DNA of 62,641 nucleotides, counting the filler. It is 7 parts of 7 records of this genome, joined end to end, with 100 filler letters (N's around TTAATTAATTAA, not from the genome) between each part and the next. Parts side by side here need not be neighbours in the genome. Positions count along the whole stretch, not along the records: positions 7,731 to 19,825 come from SRR31156797_4434; positions 19,926 to 32,928 come from SRR31156797_4436; 5 more parts are not named here. One strand, given 5' to 3'. Both the position numbers and the translations under genes were made by a program. How positions within the stretch are numbered: position 1 is the stretch's first letter; the number at the start of each line of letters is the position of its first letter. The notes under the pieces are model-generated. The model searched no databases. It worked only from the letters and a program-made list of their open reading frames with translations, and had not been told where the DNA came from. Below, one piece after another: positions 18,047-28,023 of the stretch.

Positions 18047-19675
18047 TTATTCTTCGGGGCCACCGGGATTTGAATAGAGTTCAAGGATCTCAGCTTCACT
18101 TAACATGTAATTGTATATCCTGAGTTCATCAATGGCGCCGTTATAATGATTGTTGCTGCCTTCTCCGGCATTGGGTAAGTTTCCGATATAGGTCGAAACG
18201 TCACGATTGTAGTATTGAGAAATATTATTATATCTACTATAACTGCGTTTAGCTGAAACGGTTAAATTTCCGTTAATCCATGCTTCCATTGTGGAATCGC
18301 CGACATTAACGACACAGTGTACCCATTCATTCATTGGAAGTTTCATGGGCTCATGGATCGTATAATCTGCCGTATCTCTTCCGGGATTAACATCCTCAAG
18401 CGTAAAGATATCCGAGTAAATACCGTCGGCAAAATTCGAAGTATTACCATATGGATAGAAGTTTGCACGTAAACTCGGATTGTTTTCTGTCCAGCTTTCC
18501 TGAGTATTTACCATAAAACATCTGCCCCAGGTAGTATGATCATATTTACCGATGATAACGCCGTTTTGTTGTCCGCTCAGAACACCCCGGGATTTTAACC
18601 AGAATGAAAATGTCAAGCCGTTTGAAACTTGGAGACTATTTTTCATTCTCAATATGTCCGAAGTACCGTTAAAATCTTTAGCTTGCCCTGAAATCCCATC
18701 AACATAAACACCCTCACTATGATCGATGCAATAGTTTACACTGTCACCGTGATCGATCAGATCGTTGTCAAAGGGGAAATAAGCCACCAGGCCATCTGTG
18801 CTGTATTCTATCGATGAATCATCCGGACGATCATAAAGATCCAGGATCTCATCTTCCGTCAGTGCGCGCTCATATACCATAAGTTCATCTATGGAACCGT
18901 TGAAATGATTATTATCGCCTTCACCGGCATGTGGTAAATTACCGATAAAGGTCTGAACGTCTTTTTGATAGTATTGTGAAATATTGTTATACGTGCTGTA
19001 GGAACGCAGTACGGAAACCGTCAAATTTCCGTTTATCCATGCTTCCATTGTAGAATCACTGACATTGATAACGCAATGTGACCATTCATTCAACGGGAGG
19101 TTCATGGGTTGGTGGATGGTGTAATTTGACGAGTCTCTCCCGGAAGGAACATCTTCCATAGTAAAAATATCCGAGTAAATGCCATCGGCGTAATTTGAGG
19201 TATTGCCATTAGGATAAAAATTACCTCGCAAACTTGGATTATTTTCACTTGCACTTGCCTGGGAGGTGATCATAAAGCATCTGCCCCAGTTTGAGGCATC
19301 GTATTTGCCGATGATGACGCCGTTTTGTTGTCCGCTTAAAACACCTCTGGATTTTACCCAGAAAGAGAAGGTTAAGCCATTCTCCACATTAAGTGTGTTC
19401 CTTATTCTTAACATGTCCGAGCTACCGTTAAAATCTTTGGCTCTTCCCATGACACCGTCAACAAAAACGCCCTCGCTGTGGTCGATGCAATAATTCCTGC
19501 TGCTGTCACTGTGATCGTTCAGATCACCGTCAAAAGGGAAGTATGCCAGCAAACCTGGAGTAATTTGATATGGAGCCGAACTATCATCATTTTCGTCATT
19601 ATCATCAACACCATCATAAATACTCATGCAACCAAGAAATAACAGGAAGAATAAAACACATAGTAGTTTTTTCAT
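18047..19675 (-). CDS. Lipoprotein with two tandem LamG/concanavalin-A-like domains
   Basis: MKKLL...FLGC lipobox from the ATG at 19675 (GAGG SD). Two repeats of GLxAYFPFD...FNG...TFSFW...W.H...G.IDEL..Y...L.E.EI. Confidence 0.85.
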   Translation of the reverse strand: MKKLLCVLFFLLFLGCMSIYDGVDDNDENDDSSAPYQITPGLLAYFPFDGDLNDHSDSSRNYCIDHSEGVFVDGVMGRAKDFNGSSDMLRIRNTLNVENGLTFSFWVKSRGVLSGQQNGVIIGKYDASNWGRCFMITSQASASENNPSLRGNFYPNGNTSNYADGIYSDIFTMEDVPSGRDSSNYTIHQPMNLPLNEWSHCVINVSDSTMEAWINGNLTVSVLRSYSTYNNISQYYQKDVQTFIGNLPHAGEGDNNHFNGSIDELMVYERALTEDEILDLYDRPDDSSIEYSTDGLVAYFPFDNDLIDHGDSVNYCIDHSEGVYVDGISGQAKDFNGTSDILRMKNSLQVSNGLTFSFWLKSRGVLSGQQNGVIIGKYDHTTWGRCFMVNTQESWTENNPSLRANFYPYGNTSNFADGIYSDIFTLEDVNPGRDTADYTIHEPMKLPMNEWVHCVVNVGDSTMEAWINGNLTVSAKRSYSRYNNISQYYNRDVSTYIGNLPNAGEGSNNHYNGAIDELRIYNYMLSEAEILELYSNPGGPEE

Positions 19676-19795
19676 CGTGAACCTCATAAACGAATTTAAT
19701 GTCATTTCCCTGGACTGTGTATAGATATAATATGTAGATAAATATTAAATATCAACAAGTATCTATTATAGTTTTAAATAGTAACTATGTATATT

Positions 19796-19825
19796 CTCGT
19801 CACTCGTCACTCGTCACTCGTCACT
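19796..19825. repeat. Heptamer tandem repeat (CTCGTCA)x4+, truncated by the contig end
   Basis: ctcgtcactcgtcactcgtcactcgtcact. Confidence 0.9.
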
Positions 19826-19925
19826 NNNNNNNNNNNNNNNNNNNNNNNNNNNNNNNNNNNNNNNNNNNNTTAATTAATTAANNNNNNNNNNNNNNNNNNN
19901 NNNNNNNNNNNNNNNNNNNNNNNNN
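19826..19925. other. Artificial contig-joining spacer
   Basis: N44-TTAATTAATTAA-N44. Confidence 0.99.
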
Positions 19926-20016
19926 ATTACTTCTGCGGAAGACTTTATTATTTTATATAAATTTTGTTACAGTCTCATTTAGTACAGTCTTTTTGATTCT
20001 AATAGTTTATCTTAAT

Positions 20017-21198
20017 TTATTCATCTGTGGTGGCGTATGGATATAGTCTGAAGTCACCCATAACGACACACAGCGTTCCTTTTGTACCTTTCTTTTGGGA
20101 TAATTGAACTTCTAGTGTCAACGTATCAGGAGGCAGAATGATAATTCTATCATCAACTATTGAATCATAGTACATTGCTTCAGATTCGTAAACTTTTTCA
20201 TTATCGGCATATATGTAGACTCTGTACTGACCAAACTCCGAACTATTGCCGTATGACCATGTTGGATCTGCAAATAGATCAAATTGAATTTTTTCATATT
20301 CACCGTTTAAGTTCCATGATATAAAGTCACGTCCCCAATCATTGGAGATTGATTCGCTGAAAAGGAACATTCCCAGTCCTCTATCATAAGTTTGATTATT
20401 GCTCTGGAATTGATCCTGCTTAGTTTTGTAGTCCCATTTAAATGTATTGTAATGAGCAACAGCAAATTCACTTGCAATTGGCAAATCGTCAATATATACA
20501 TACTCAGGTTCAGCTTCTGTTGGTTCAGGGGTTTCTACTATTGAAACAGGTTCAGGTGTAAAGGTGATAGTTGGAGTAGCCGATACAAATAGTGTTGGGT
20601 CTTCAACTGCTTCTGTTTTCTTTCTGAAAATAGAAGTGATACCGATGATTATACCGACAATAACTACAACGGCAAGGAATAATGAGATATATGATCCATA
20701 GTTTCTCATAAACTTTGCAACCTTGTATTCCCTTGACATATCATCAGGGTCAGGTGCATGGCTTCTAACACCTTTAATTGGCATATTATATTCAGGTGAA
20801 TAGTCTCTGCTTTGGAATATGCCTTCTTTTTCGGATTCTCTAAATAGCCATTGACCAATACTGCGACAGTCAACAAGGCATGCATTTGCAATATCAGCTG
20901 ATTGGCTTCTGTCAGAACCAGCTCTGCTTACAGCTGTTCGAACATTATGGAACTTTTGAAGTATTTCTGCGGAAACAAATCCTGACTCTTGCAATGCTTC
21001 TAATTTTTCTACTTGAGTAGCCCCTCCGGGTACCTGAATTTCATATATGTCTAGCGCAATGTTTGCACTGGATTCACAGAAAGTTTTTAATGAGTTAAGT
21101 GCTGAATCTGGTATTATATCAACAAGCCTGCTAGCATCAGCTGCAATAGCTGCAAGCTTTGGCCACTTTGCTCGTAGGAAATCGAATTCGGACGCCAT
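20017..21198 (-). CDS. Single-pass membrane protein: N-terminal DUF4145/HsdR-N (HEPN-like) domain, TM, Pro/Thr linker, C-terminal NPCBM/NEW2-like domain
   Basis: SEFDFLRAKWPKLAAIA...FCE...TQVEKLEAL...ILQKFHNVR resembles type I HsdR N-termini. TM YISLFLAVVVIVGIIIGITSIF. YDRGLGM...WNLNGEY...IYADNEKVYES...VVMGDFRL resembles NPCBM. Confidence 0.6.
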   Translation of the reverse strand: MASEFDFLRAKWPKLAAIAADASRLVDIIPDSALNSLKTFCESSANIALDIYEIQVPGGATQVEKLEALQESGFVSAEILQKFHNVRTAVSRAGSDRSQSADIANACLVDCRSIGQWLFRESEKEGIFQSRDYSPEYNMPIKGVRSHAPDPDDMSREYKVAKFMRNYGSYISLFLAVVVIVGIIIGITSIFRKKTEAVEDPTLFVSATPTITFTPEPVSIVETPEPTEAEPEYVYIDDLPIASEFAVAHYNTFKWDYKTKQDQFQSNNQTYDRGLGMFLFSESISNDWGRDFISWNLNGEYEKIQFDLFADPTWSYGNSSEFGQYRVYIYADNEKVYESEAMYYDSIVDDRIIILPPDTLTLEVQLSQKKGTKGTLCVVMGDFRLYPYATTDE

Positions 21199-21236
21199 GT
21201 TTTTACCTCTCTTTATTCAGTAATTATTACTAAGCT

Positions 21237-21265
21237 ATTATAATATAGTTTCGATTCAATTACAA
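21237..21265 (-). promoter_or_regulatory. SigA promoter for the DUF4145-TM-NPCBM gene
   Basis: Minus strand TTGTAA-17 nt-TATAAT. Confidence 0.55.
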
Positions 21266-21446
21266 CATCTGACGGGATATTTTATATTACGTGAATATAT
21301 TTATATGGCAGAACTGGAATTATATATGCTAAATTATATGATAAAGCTGAGTATATTTGGTTATGAACATATATTGTGTAATCTAATAGTAAAATTCCTA
21401 TTAACTTGCGTTACAAGGAAATAACAAAAACAAAAATATTTTTTGA

Positions 21447-21475
21447 TTGACTTAATGTTTATTACGTTGTATAAT
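21447..21475 (+). promoter_or_regulatory. SigA promoter for helD
   Basis: TTGACT-17 nt-TATAAT. Confidence 0.65.
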
Positions 21476-21511
21476 TTTATGCCAATAATTTGAAAAAACT
21501 AAAAAGAGAAT

Positions 21512-23782
21512 GTGATTATGCAGCATCCTGATTTTAAAATTGAAGAAAAAAATCTTGAAAATATCCTTTCATTTGTGGAAAAGGAAAGGGTTCGTCTGAT
21601 AGAGCAAAATGAATCTCAGGCAAATGAAGTAAAAATGCTTACTCAGAGTTCAGGAGGCATATTTACTTCGGATTTGGACATTGCAATGCGAATTTATGCA
21701 ATGACGCAGAGAAAGACTAAGAACATTTCCAAAATGGAGTCAAGTCCATACTTTACAAGAATTGATTTTGTTGATGAGAGAGATAAACTTCATCAATTGT
21801 ATATTGGTAAATCTGGTTTACTGGAAAGTAAAACACAAAAGCCTGTTATCATTGATTGGCGCAGCCCTATTGCAAATCTTTACTATACGCATCAGGTTGG
21901 TCCTGCCAGCTATAGAACTCCTCATGATGTGGAGGTTTCTGGAGAAATCACCGTCAAACGTCTATTTGAAATTGAGAATTCAAAGCTGCAAAAAATTATT
22001 GAAGCAGATATTATTTCTGAAAGTGAGTATCTAAATGATGTTCTAAGTGACCATGCCGATGCAAAGCTTAAGGACGTAGTAACTACAATACAAAGTGAAC
22101 AGAATGAAGTGCTGCGAAAAAACCCAAAAGTACCGTTGGTAGTACAGGGCGTAGCAGGAGCAGGTAAGACAACAATAGCACTGCATAGGATTATGTGGCT
22201 TTTATATACATTTCAGGAAACAATGAAAGCGCAGAATGTATTGATTATTGCACCTACACCAATCTTTCTCGACTATATTTCAGCCGTATTGCCTGGCATG
22301 GGAGCTGATGATGTAGTACAGTATACATTTTATGGATTAGCCTGCAGACTATGCGGAAAATCAATATACAGAATTGATGATAATAATATATTGCTTGAAT
22401 TGCTGGATTCAGATAAATCTAAAGAGCACAAAGACGCATTAATAGACTACGCAAAGTTAAAAGGTTCATTGGAATTCAAAAATCACTTAGAGGAATTTAT
22501 AAATGAATATCCAAAGACATTGATTCCCCCAAATGGTATTTACATTGGAAAGCAAAGAGTAATATCTTACAATGAAATTTACAGTATTTTTTGTGATGAA
22601 TTGTCTCCGTATAATTTGAAGGACAGAGTAAAAGAATTTAAGAAAACAATTAATAATAAATACTCTCTTGCTGTAAAGATTCATATTGAGATACTTAAGA
22701 AAAAAGCAATCGAAAGAGCTGACTACATCAGAGAGAAAATAAAGGATAATACTAAAGAACGCCAAGACATAATGAGACAGCTATATAGTGCAAGAGATGA
22801 ACATATAGAGAAAATCCAATATGAATCAAAGAATTATGTTAATAATTATATAAAGCAGTTTAAAATCCCAAAGTTAATGGATATTTATAAAGATTTTATT
22901 ATTAGCTTGGGAGAAAAAAACGATGATAATAATCTTGAAGCACTAAAAACAATCAGCTTAGTAACGCAGAAAGACTTGGAAAGAAAACGAATACAGTCCA
23001 GCGACATTCCGCCCTTATTAATGCTGCAGAAGGCATTCTTTGGATTTAATGAGAAATTGGATATTCATCATACAGTGTTGGATGAAGCTCAGGATTTTTC
23101 ACTGTTTATGTTTGATATTCTACATCTCATTACTAATAACGATGCATTTACTATAGTTGGTGACACTACTCAAGGAATATATTCATATCAAGGTGTTGTA
23201 AATTGGCAGGACATGATGGACACGGTCTTTGATTCCAGTGCTAATTACAGCGAACTCGTAACTTCATATCGTAATACAATTGAGATAATGGAGCTGGCAG
23301 AGCATTGCGCTATGCGCCATGACAGCAGGCGCACGCCTGCGAAGCCAGTATTGCGACACGGACAAGTACCTAAGTTGCTAAAGACTAACAAGGTACAAGA
23401 TGATATAATAAATGAAGTTAATGAACTTCGTAAAGCCGGCATGAAAACAATTGCTATAGTTGACAAAATGCCAAAGGACTGCAGGAAACTATATAAAACA
23501 TTAAAAAAACAAATACCAGACCTTAAATATATTGACGAGAGTCTAAGTACATACGAAGGTGGCATAATGGTATTGCCAGCTTATATGTGTAAGGGCTTTG
23601 AATTTGACAGCGTTATAATCGCTGACTGTGACAAATGTAATTTTCCAGATGATTTGCTCCATTCCAGGCTACTATATGTATGCCTGACTAGACCAATTCA
23701 CACAGTATCGATTTACTATAAGGACGAACCTAGTGCATTGATTGATAAAAATTATTGCCAATTGATTGAAACAAAGGATTAA
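21512..23782 (+). CDS. helD: RNA polymerase recycling motor HelD (SF1 helicase-like)
   Basis: SPYFTRIDF, IIDWRSPIANLYY, TIQSEQN, GVAGAGKTTIALHR, DEAQD, KGFEFD and LYVCLTR motifs. Start is GTG 21512 or ATG 21518. Confidence 0.9.
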   Translation: MIMQHPDFKIEEKNLENILSFVEKERVRLIEQNESQANEVKMLTQSSGGIFTSDLDIAMRIYAMTQRKTKNISKMESSPYFTRIDFVDERDKLHQLYIGKSGLLESKTQKPVIIDWRSPIANLYYTHQVGPASYRTPHDVEVSGEITVKRLFEIENSKLQKIIEADIISESEYLNDVLSDHADAKLKDVVTTIQSEQNEVLRKNPKVPLVVQGVAGAGKTTIALHRIMWLLYTFQETMKAQNVLIIAPTPIFLDYISAVLPGMGADDVVQYTFYGLACRLCGKSIYRIDDNNILLELLDSDKSKEHKDALIDYAKLKGSLEFKNHLEEFINEYPKTLIPPNGIYIGKQRVISYNEIYSIFCDELSPYNLKDRVKEFKKTINNKYSLAVKIHIEILKKKAIERADYIREKIKDNTKERQDIMRQLYSARDEHIEKIQYESKNYVNNYIKQFKIPKLMDIYKDFIISLGEKNDDNNLEALKTISLVTQKDLERKRIQSSDIPPLLMLQKAFFGFNEKLDIHHTVLDEAQDFSLFMFDILHLITNNDAFTIVGDTTQGIYSYQGVVNWQDMMDTVFDSSANYSELVTSYRNTIEIMELAEHCAMRHDSRRTPAKPVLRHGQVPKLLKTNKVQDDIINEVNELRKAGMKTIAIVDKMPKDCRKLYKTLKKQIPDLKYIDESLSTYEGGIMVLPAYMCKGFEFDSVIIADCDKCNFPDDLLHSRLLYVCLTRPIHTVSIYYKDEPSALIDKNYCQLIETKD

Positions 23783-23794
23783 GGAGCGCATACT

Positions 23795-24634
23795 ATGAAT
23801 AATATGATGACGTTAACAAAAATACAACGGCTTGAAAAGACTTGTGAACTGATATACAGATATTTAGCAGAAAACATTAGAGATGAGAATAACGCACAAG
23901 TTCTTAGCAAGATTGCTGATGATGAAAAAAGTCACTATAATTCTATTAAAGATATTACAGAAAAAGAAGTAAAGGAATATAGGTTTTTTTACTTTTTCTT
24001 CAGGATTATTAGCCGTGTATTTGGTATAACATTTGGTCTAAGATTAATAGAAAAAACAGAAGAAAAAGCTATAAGGGAATTAAACAAATTAGATGGTGAT
24101 ACTGCAACCAATCTTGGCATGGAATCAGAAGAACACGAGCAGGAGCTGCTGGATATGATTGATGAGGAGAGACTGCATTTTCTTGGTTCAATTGTACTTG
24201 GTCTAAATGATGCTCTAGTCGAATTATCAGGTGCATTGGCAGGATTCACTTTTGCATTTTCTGAGACTAGAACTATCGCAGTTACAGGGCTTATAACGGG
24301 TATTTCCGCTGCCTTGTCTATGGCTTCATCAGAATATTTATCTTCTAAGGCTGAGGGGAATGATAATAGCATAAAAGCAAGTATTTACACAGGTTTAGCA
24401 TATATAGTTACTGTTATTTTGCTTATACTTCCATATTTATTACTTGCCAATCAATACATAGCACTTGGTATAACTTTGTTGACTGCACTGCTAATAATAG
24501 CAGCTTTCAGCTACTATATGTCTGTAGTTCAGGAATACAGGTTTATTAAGCGCTTTGGTGAAATGGCTATCATTTCAATAGGAGTTGCAGTAATTTCTTT
24601 CCTAATAGGTATCGCTGTTAATAGGATTATCTGA
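23795..24634 (+). CDS. Erythrin-VIT1/CCC1 fusion iron transporter (MbfA-like)
   Basis: N-terminal rubrerythrin-like DEKSH and EEHE ligands; SIVLGLNDAL and SMASSEYLS VIT1 motifs. Confidence 0.85.
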   Translation: MNNMMTLTKIQRLEKTCELIYRYLAENIRDENNAQVLSKIADDEKSHYNSIKDITEKEVKEYRFFYFFFRIISRVFGITFGLRLIEKTEEKAIRELNKLDGDTATNLGMESEEHEQELLDMIDEERLHFLGSIVLGLNDALVELSGALAGFTFAFSETRTIAVTGLITGISAALSMASSEYLSSKAEGNDNSIKASIYTGLAYIVTVILLILPYLLLANQYIALGITLLTALLIIAAFSYYMSVVQEYRFIKRFGEMAIISIGVAVISFLIGIAVNRII

Positions 24635-25189
24635 TGATTTCTTTTTAACATCTTTTGTGTATTGGTAAGTATACTGTACTAGAGTTACAATGGCGAATAT
24701 TACAGTGAATACAATTGCATATGTATCAAATGGGGATACATACTCGTGAAGAAATAGCAGGGCTATTGATATTGAAAAGAGAACCGTAGTTAGCTTGCCC
24801 ATTATGTTTGCTTGCACTACAACACTTTTCTTTCTAACAAGCAGTATACCGCCTACAATCTGCAGGAGCTCTTTACATAGAATAACAAGAAGTATCCACA
24901 GCGGTATCCAGCCCTTGGAATACATACTAATAACAACGCTAAGAAGCATTAATTTATCTGCTAATGGGTCCAGTAGTTTACCAAGTGGCGTTATCATATT
25001 GTATTTTCTGGCAATATAACCATCTACCACATCAGTTACAGATGCAAGAAGGTATGTGAAAAATGCGAAGTAGTACATATCTTTAGCAAAAAAAAGAATT
25101 ATTACTCCTACCATAATAAGTCTAAATAATGACAATAAATTCGGAATGTTAAGATTTTGTCTATCTAATACAATATCATTTAATTTCAT
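24602..25189 (-). CDS. pgsA: CDP-alcohol phosphatidyltransferase (PgsA family)
   Basis: NIPNLLSLFR; TDVVDGYIAR...GKLLDPLADK motif. Confidence 0.85.
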   Translation of the reverse strand: MKLNDIVLDRQNLNIPNLLSLFRLIMVGVIILFFAKDMYYFAFFTYLLASVTDVVDGYIARKYNMITPLGKLLDPLADKLMLLSVVISMYSKGWIPLWILLVILCKELLQIVGGILLVRKKSVVVQANIMGKLTTVLFSISIALLFLHEYVSPFDTYAIVFTVIFAIVTLVQYTYQYTKDVKKKSSDNPINSDTY

Positions 25190-25371
25190 ACAAATAACAA
25201 ATAAATCCTTAATATTTTCTACTTTATTATATGATATTACTTGCGATTTAACAATATATTTTCCCAGTTCTATGTTAATTGTTGATTTTTGTTTACATTT
25301 AATCTTTTGGAGACAATACTTCTGTATAAATCCAGTACATTTTTGTGGTTATTAATAATATTTATGATAAA

Positions 25372-25400
25372 ATAAAAGGACTATCATTCGATAGCCCTTC
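25372..25400 (-). terminator. Rho-independent terminator after msmX/ugpC
   Basis: Minus strand AAGGGCTATC-GAAT-GATAGTCCTT followed by a T-rich tail. Confidence 0.55.
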
Positions 25401-25422
25401 ATTACATAATTATTCTAGTTAT

Positions 25423-26538
25423 TTATTTCATCAATGAAACTTCAGTTTCTGAATCGAAGAAATGAACCATGCTCATGTCAAAAGCAATTTTAACAATGTC
25501 ACCAGAACGTGATACGCTGCGAGCATCAACTCTAGCAACTGTATTGCTGTCTGAACCTTCAACAGATAGATACAAATATGTTTCGCTACCCATTAATTCA
25601 ACAACTTCAACTTTTGCACTAGCAACTGCATCAGGGAATGCATTAGTATTGTCATAGATGTTTTCTGGTCTTACACCCATTGTGACAATTTTACCTTCAA
25701 AATATGATTGGTCTTTTACTATTGCAGCACGTTCTGCAGGTATTGGAAGCTTAGCGTCGCTAAATTCAGCGAACATGTTTTTGCCTTCTCTTACTAATTT
25801 AACATCATAGAAGAAGTTCATTGGAGGAGTTCCGATGAAACCAGCAACGAACAAGTTGTTTGGCTCGTCATATAGCTTTTGTGGTGAGTCAATTTGTTGG
25901 ATATAACCGTCTTTCATAACAACGATACGAGTACCCATTGTCATAGCTTCTGTCTGGTCATGTGTAACATAAATGAATGTTGTTGCAAGACGTTGGTGAA
26001 GCTTTGTAATTTCAGTACGCATTTGTCCACGCAATTTAGCATCTAGGTTTGACAGAGGTTCGTCCATTAGGAATACCTTTGGTTCACGTACAATCGCACG
26101 TCCTAGAGCAACACGTTGTCTTTGTCCGCCTGATAGAGCCTTTGGTCTACGCTCTAGCAAGTGATCAATGTTAAGAATACTTGCAGCTTCTTTAACTCTT
26201 CTATCAATTTCAGCCTTTGGAGTTTTTCTTAGCTTCAAACCGAAAGCCATATTATCGTATACAGTCATGTGTGGATATAGTGCGTAGTTCTGGAATACCA
26301 TTGCGATATCTCTGTCTTTGGGTGCTACATCGTTCATTTGCTTATCACCGATGTATAATTCACCTTCTGTGATATCTTCCAATCCAGCTACCATACGAAG
26401 TGTAGTAGTCTTACCACAACCTGATGGTCCAACAAGAACGATAAACTCTTTATCCTCAATGTCTAAGTTAAAGTCGCTAACTGCTTGAACACCACCTGCA
26501 TAAACTTTGTATAGGCTTTTAATTGTTACTGTTGCCAT
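25423..26538 (-). CDS. msmX: Sugar ABC transporter ATP-binding protein (MsmX/UgpC/MalK family), stand-alone
   Basis: GPSGCGKTT, VFQNYALYPH, LSGGQRQR, DEPLSNLD and a TOBE tail; no permease genes adjacent. Confidence 0.9.
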   Translation of the reverse strand: MATVTIKSLYKVYAGGVQAVSDFNLDIEDKEFIVLVGPSGCGKTTTLRMVAGLEDITEGELYIGDKQMNDVAPKDRDIAMVFQNYALYPHMTVYDNMAFGLKLRKTPKAEIDRRVKEAASILNIDHLLERRPKALSGGQRQRVALGRAIVREPKVFLMDEPLSNLDAKLRGQMRTEITKLHQRLATTFIYVTHDQTEAMTMGTRIVVMKDGYIQQIDSPQKLYDEPNNLFVAGFIGTPPMNFFYDVKLVREGKNMFAEFSDAKLPIPAERAAIVKDQSYFEGKIVTMGVRPENIYDNTNAFPDAVASAKVEVVELMGSETYLYLSVEGSDSNTVARVDARSVSRSGDIVKIAFDMSMVHFFDSETEVSLMK

Positions 26539-26716
26539 ACTTCATCCTCCTAAAATAATAGATATTACTTTGTAAATACATATCTATTATATATGTTAGC
26601 AATCAAAATGACTATGTGCACACCCTCTGAATTTCATTGTAAAAAATTTGTACATACTGCATAAAAACTGCTGTTTGAAGGTTAATTTTGTGTGAAAATA
26701 AGAATAAATGTAATAA

Positions 26717-28015
26717 TTAATTTGATATAATCTTTAAAATATTCTCTTTTGCAGGATGTGTCATATACAAAGAGCCGCATACTACTAATGGTGTATTGTC
26801 AGTTTTCACTATATGATATATAGTATCTTCCAGATTACCGATTATTTCATTCGGTATTTTTATCTCGTTTAATTCATCCTGCAGTTCATCAGATGGTACA
26901 AAACTATTTGAAAATCCATCAGCCAGATATATCATTTTGGCTATTTTACTCAATGACTTAAGCATTTTTGAATACTCTTTTCCTTTTTTAACTGCAAAAA
27001 TGACGTTTAATTTACCAATTGGATAGATTAATCTGACAGCAGCGATAAGAGCATTTAGTGATTGTTCATTGTGCGCTCCATCAACGATTATAAGAGGCTT
27101 TTTGCTTATAACCTCACATCTGCCGTACCATTTTACAGACTTTATGCCAGCTTTAATTTTCTCTAAATCTAAATTGAATTTTGTTGATTGTGCAAATACT
27201 ACCATTGACAGAAAGCCAAGTGAAGCATTTATAACCTGATGAGTACCAATCAAAGAAGTTGACAGCCTTACTGCAGAATCACCGTAATTATAGATAAATT
27301 CTGAGCCACTAATACCATGAGATTCAATTATTATATTTCCTGAATCTAGATTGAAAACCGGTGCACTTTTATTTAGTGCCTGATTTAGAATAACGGCGTA
27401 CGATTCATCATATAATTGAGGAGCCAGAACAACGGGAGTATTTTTCTTGATTATTCCAGCTTTGTTTTGAGCAATTTCATCAATACTGCTGCCTAGCGTC
27501 TTCATATGATCATAGCCAATAGATGTAATGATGCTAAGGAGTGGATTTATTACGTTTGTGCTGTCGTATGTGCCGCCGATACCTACCTCAATAACTGCGA
27601 TATCTATATTTTCTTCTTTAAAGATTATGAATGCAATAGCAGTTAATATTTTGAAGAAAGATAGAGTATAAACTCCGTTTTTTTCCATTTTATCTACATG
27701 CTTTCGTACTGTGTTTGCGGCTATTGTGAATGCCTCATCAGAAATATTTTCGTTATTTATTCTTATACGCTCGTTAATATTCTTGATGAATGGAGATGTG
27801 AACAAACCGGTTTTATAGTTATTAAAGCGCAAAATACTCTCCACATAAGCACATGTAGAGCCTTTACCATTAGTTCCGGCTACATGAATGAATTCTAAAC
27901 CTTCGTGAGGATTACCCAAACGTCTTAGTAATTCAGATATATCATCCAGTGAGCCATGTGGGCTTTTCCTGCCTGTATGTGTATTAATGTATTCTACGCT
28001 TTCTAGATAGTCCAT
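26717..28015 (-). CDS. folC: Folylpolyglutamate synthase/dihydrofolate synthase
   Basis: HVAGTNGKGST, EVGIGG, DH and DGAHN motifs; follows valS. Confidence 0.95.
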   Translation of the reverse strand: MDYLESVEYINTHTGRKSPHGSLDDISELLRRLGNPHEGLEFIHVAGTNGKGSTCAYVESILRFNNYKTGLFTSPFIKNINERIRINNENISDEAFTIAANTVRKHVDKMEKNGVYTLSFFKILTAIAFIIFKEENIDIAVIEVGIGGTYDSTNVINPLLSIITSIGYDHMKTLGSSIDEIAQNKAGIIKKNTPVVLAPQLYDESYAVILNQALNKSAPVFNLDSGNIIIESHGISGSEFIYNYGDSAVRLSTSLIGTHQVINASLGFLSMVVFAQSTKFNLDLEKIKAGIKSVKWYGRCEVISKKPLIIVDGAHNEQSLNALIAAVRLIYPIGKLNVIFAVKKGKEYSKMLKSLSKIAKMIYLADGFSNSFVPSDELQDELNEIKIPNEIIGNLEDTIYHIVKTDNTPLVVCGSLYMTHPAKENILKIISN

Positions 28016-28023
28016 TAGTTACC

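Noticed and set aside
18047-19560. Diversity-generating retroelement TR/VR pair in the LamG repeats or GH18 paralogs
   Set aside because: In the LamG segment I compared, mismatches are not adenine-specific and are mostly synonymous. No reverse transcriptase is present.
20017-23782. Type I restriction-modification or HEPN-helicase defence operon
   Set aside because: No hsdM or hsdS. The helicase-like gene is HelD and is divergently transcribed, and the HEPN catalytic His is absent.
26590-26670. Possible CdaR/PucR-type operator (TGTGCA/TGTACA boxes) upstream of msmX
   Set aside because: The motif is too degenerate and no regulator gene is adjacent.
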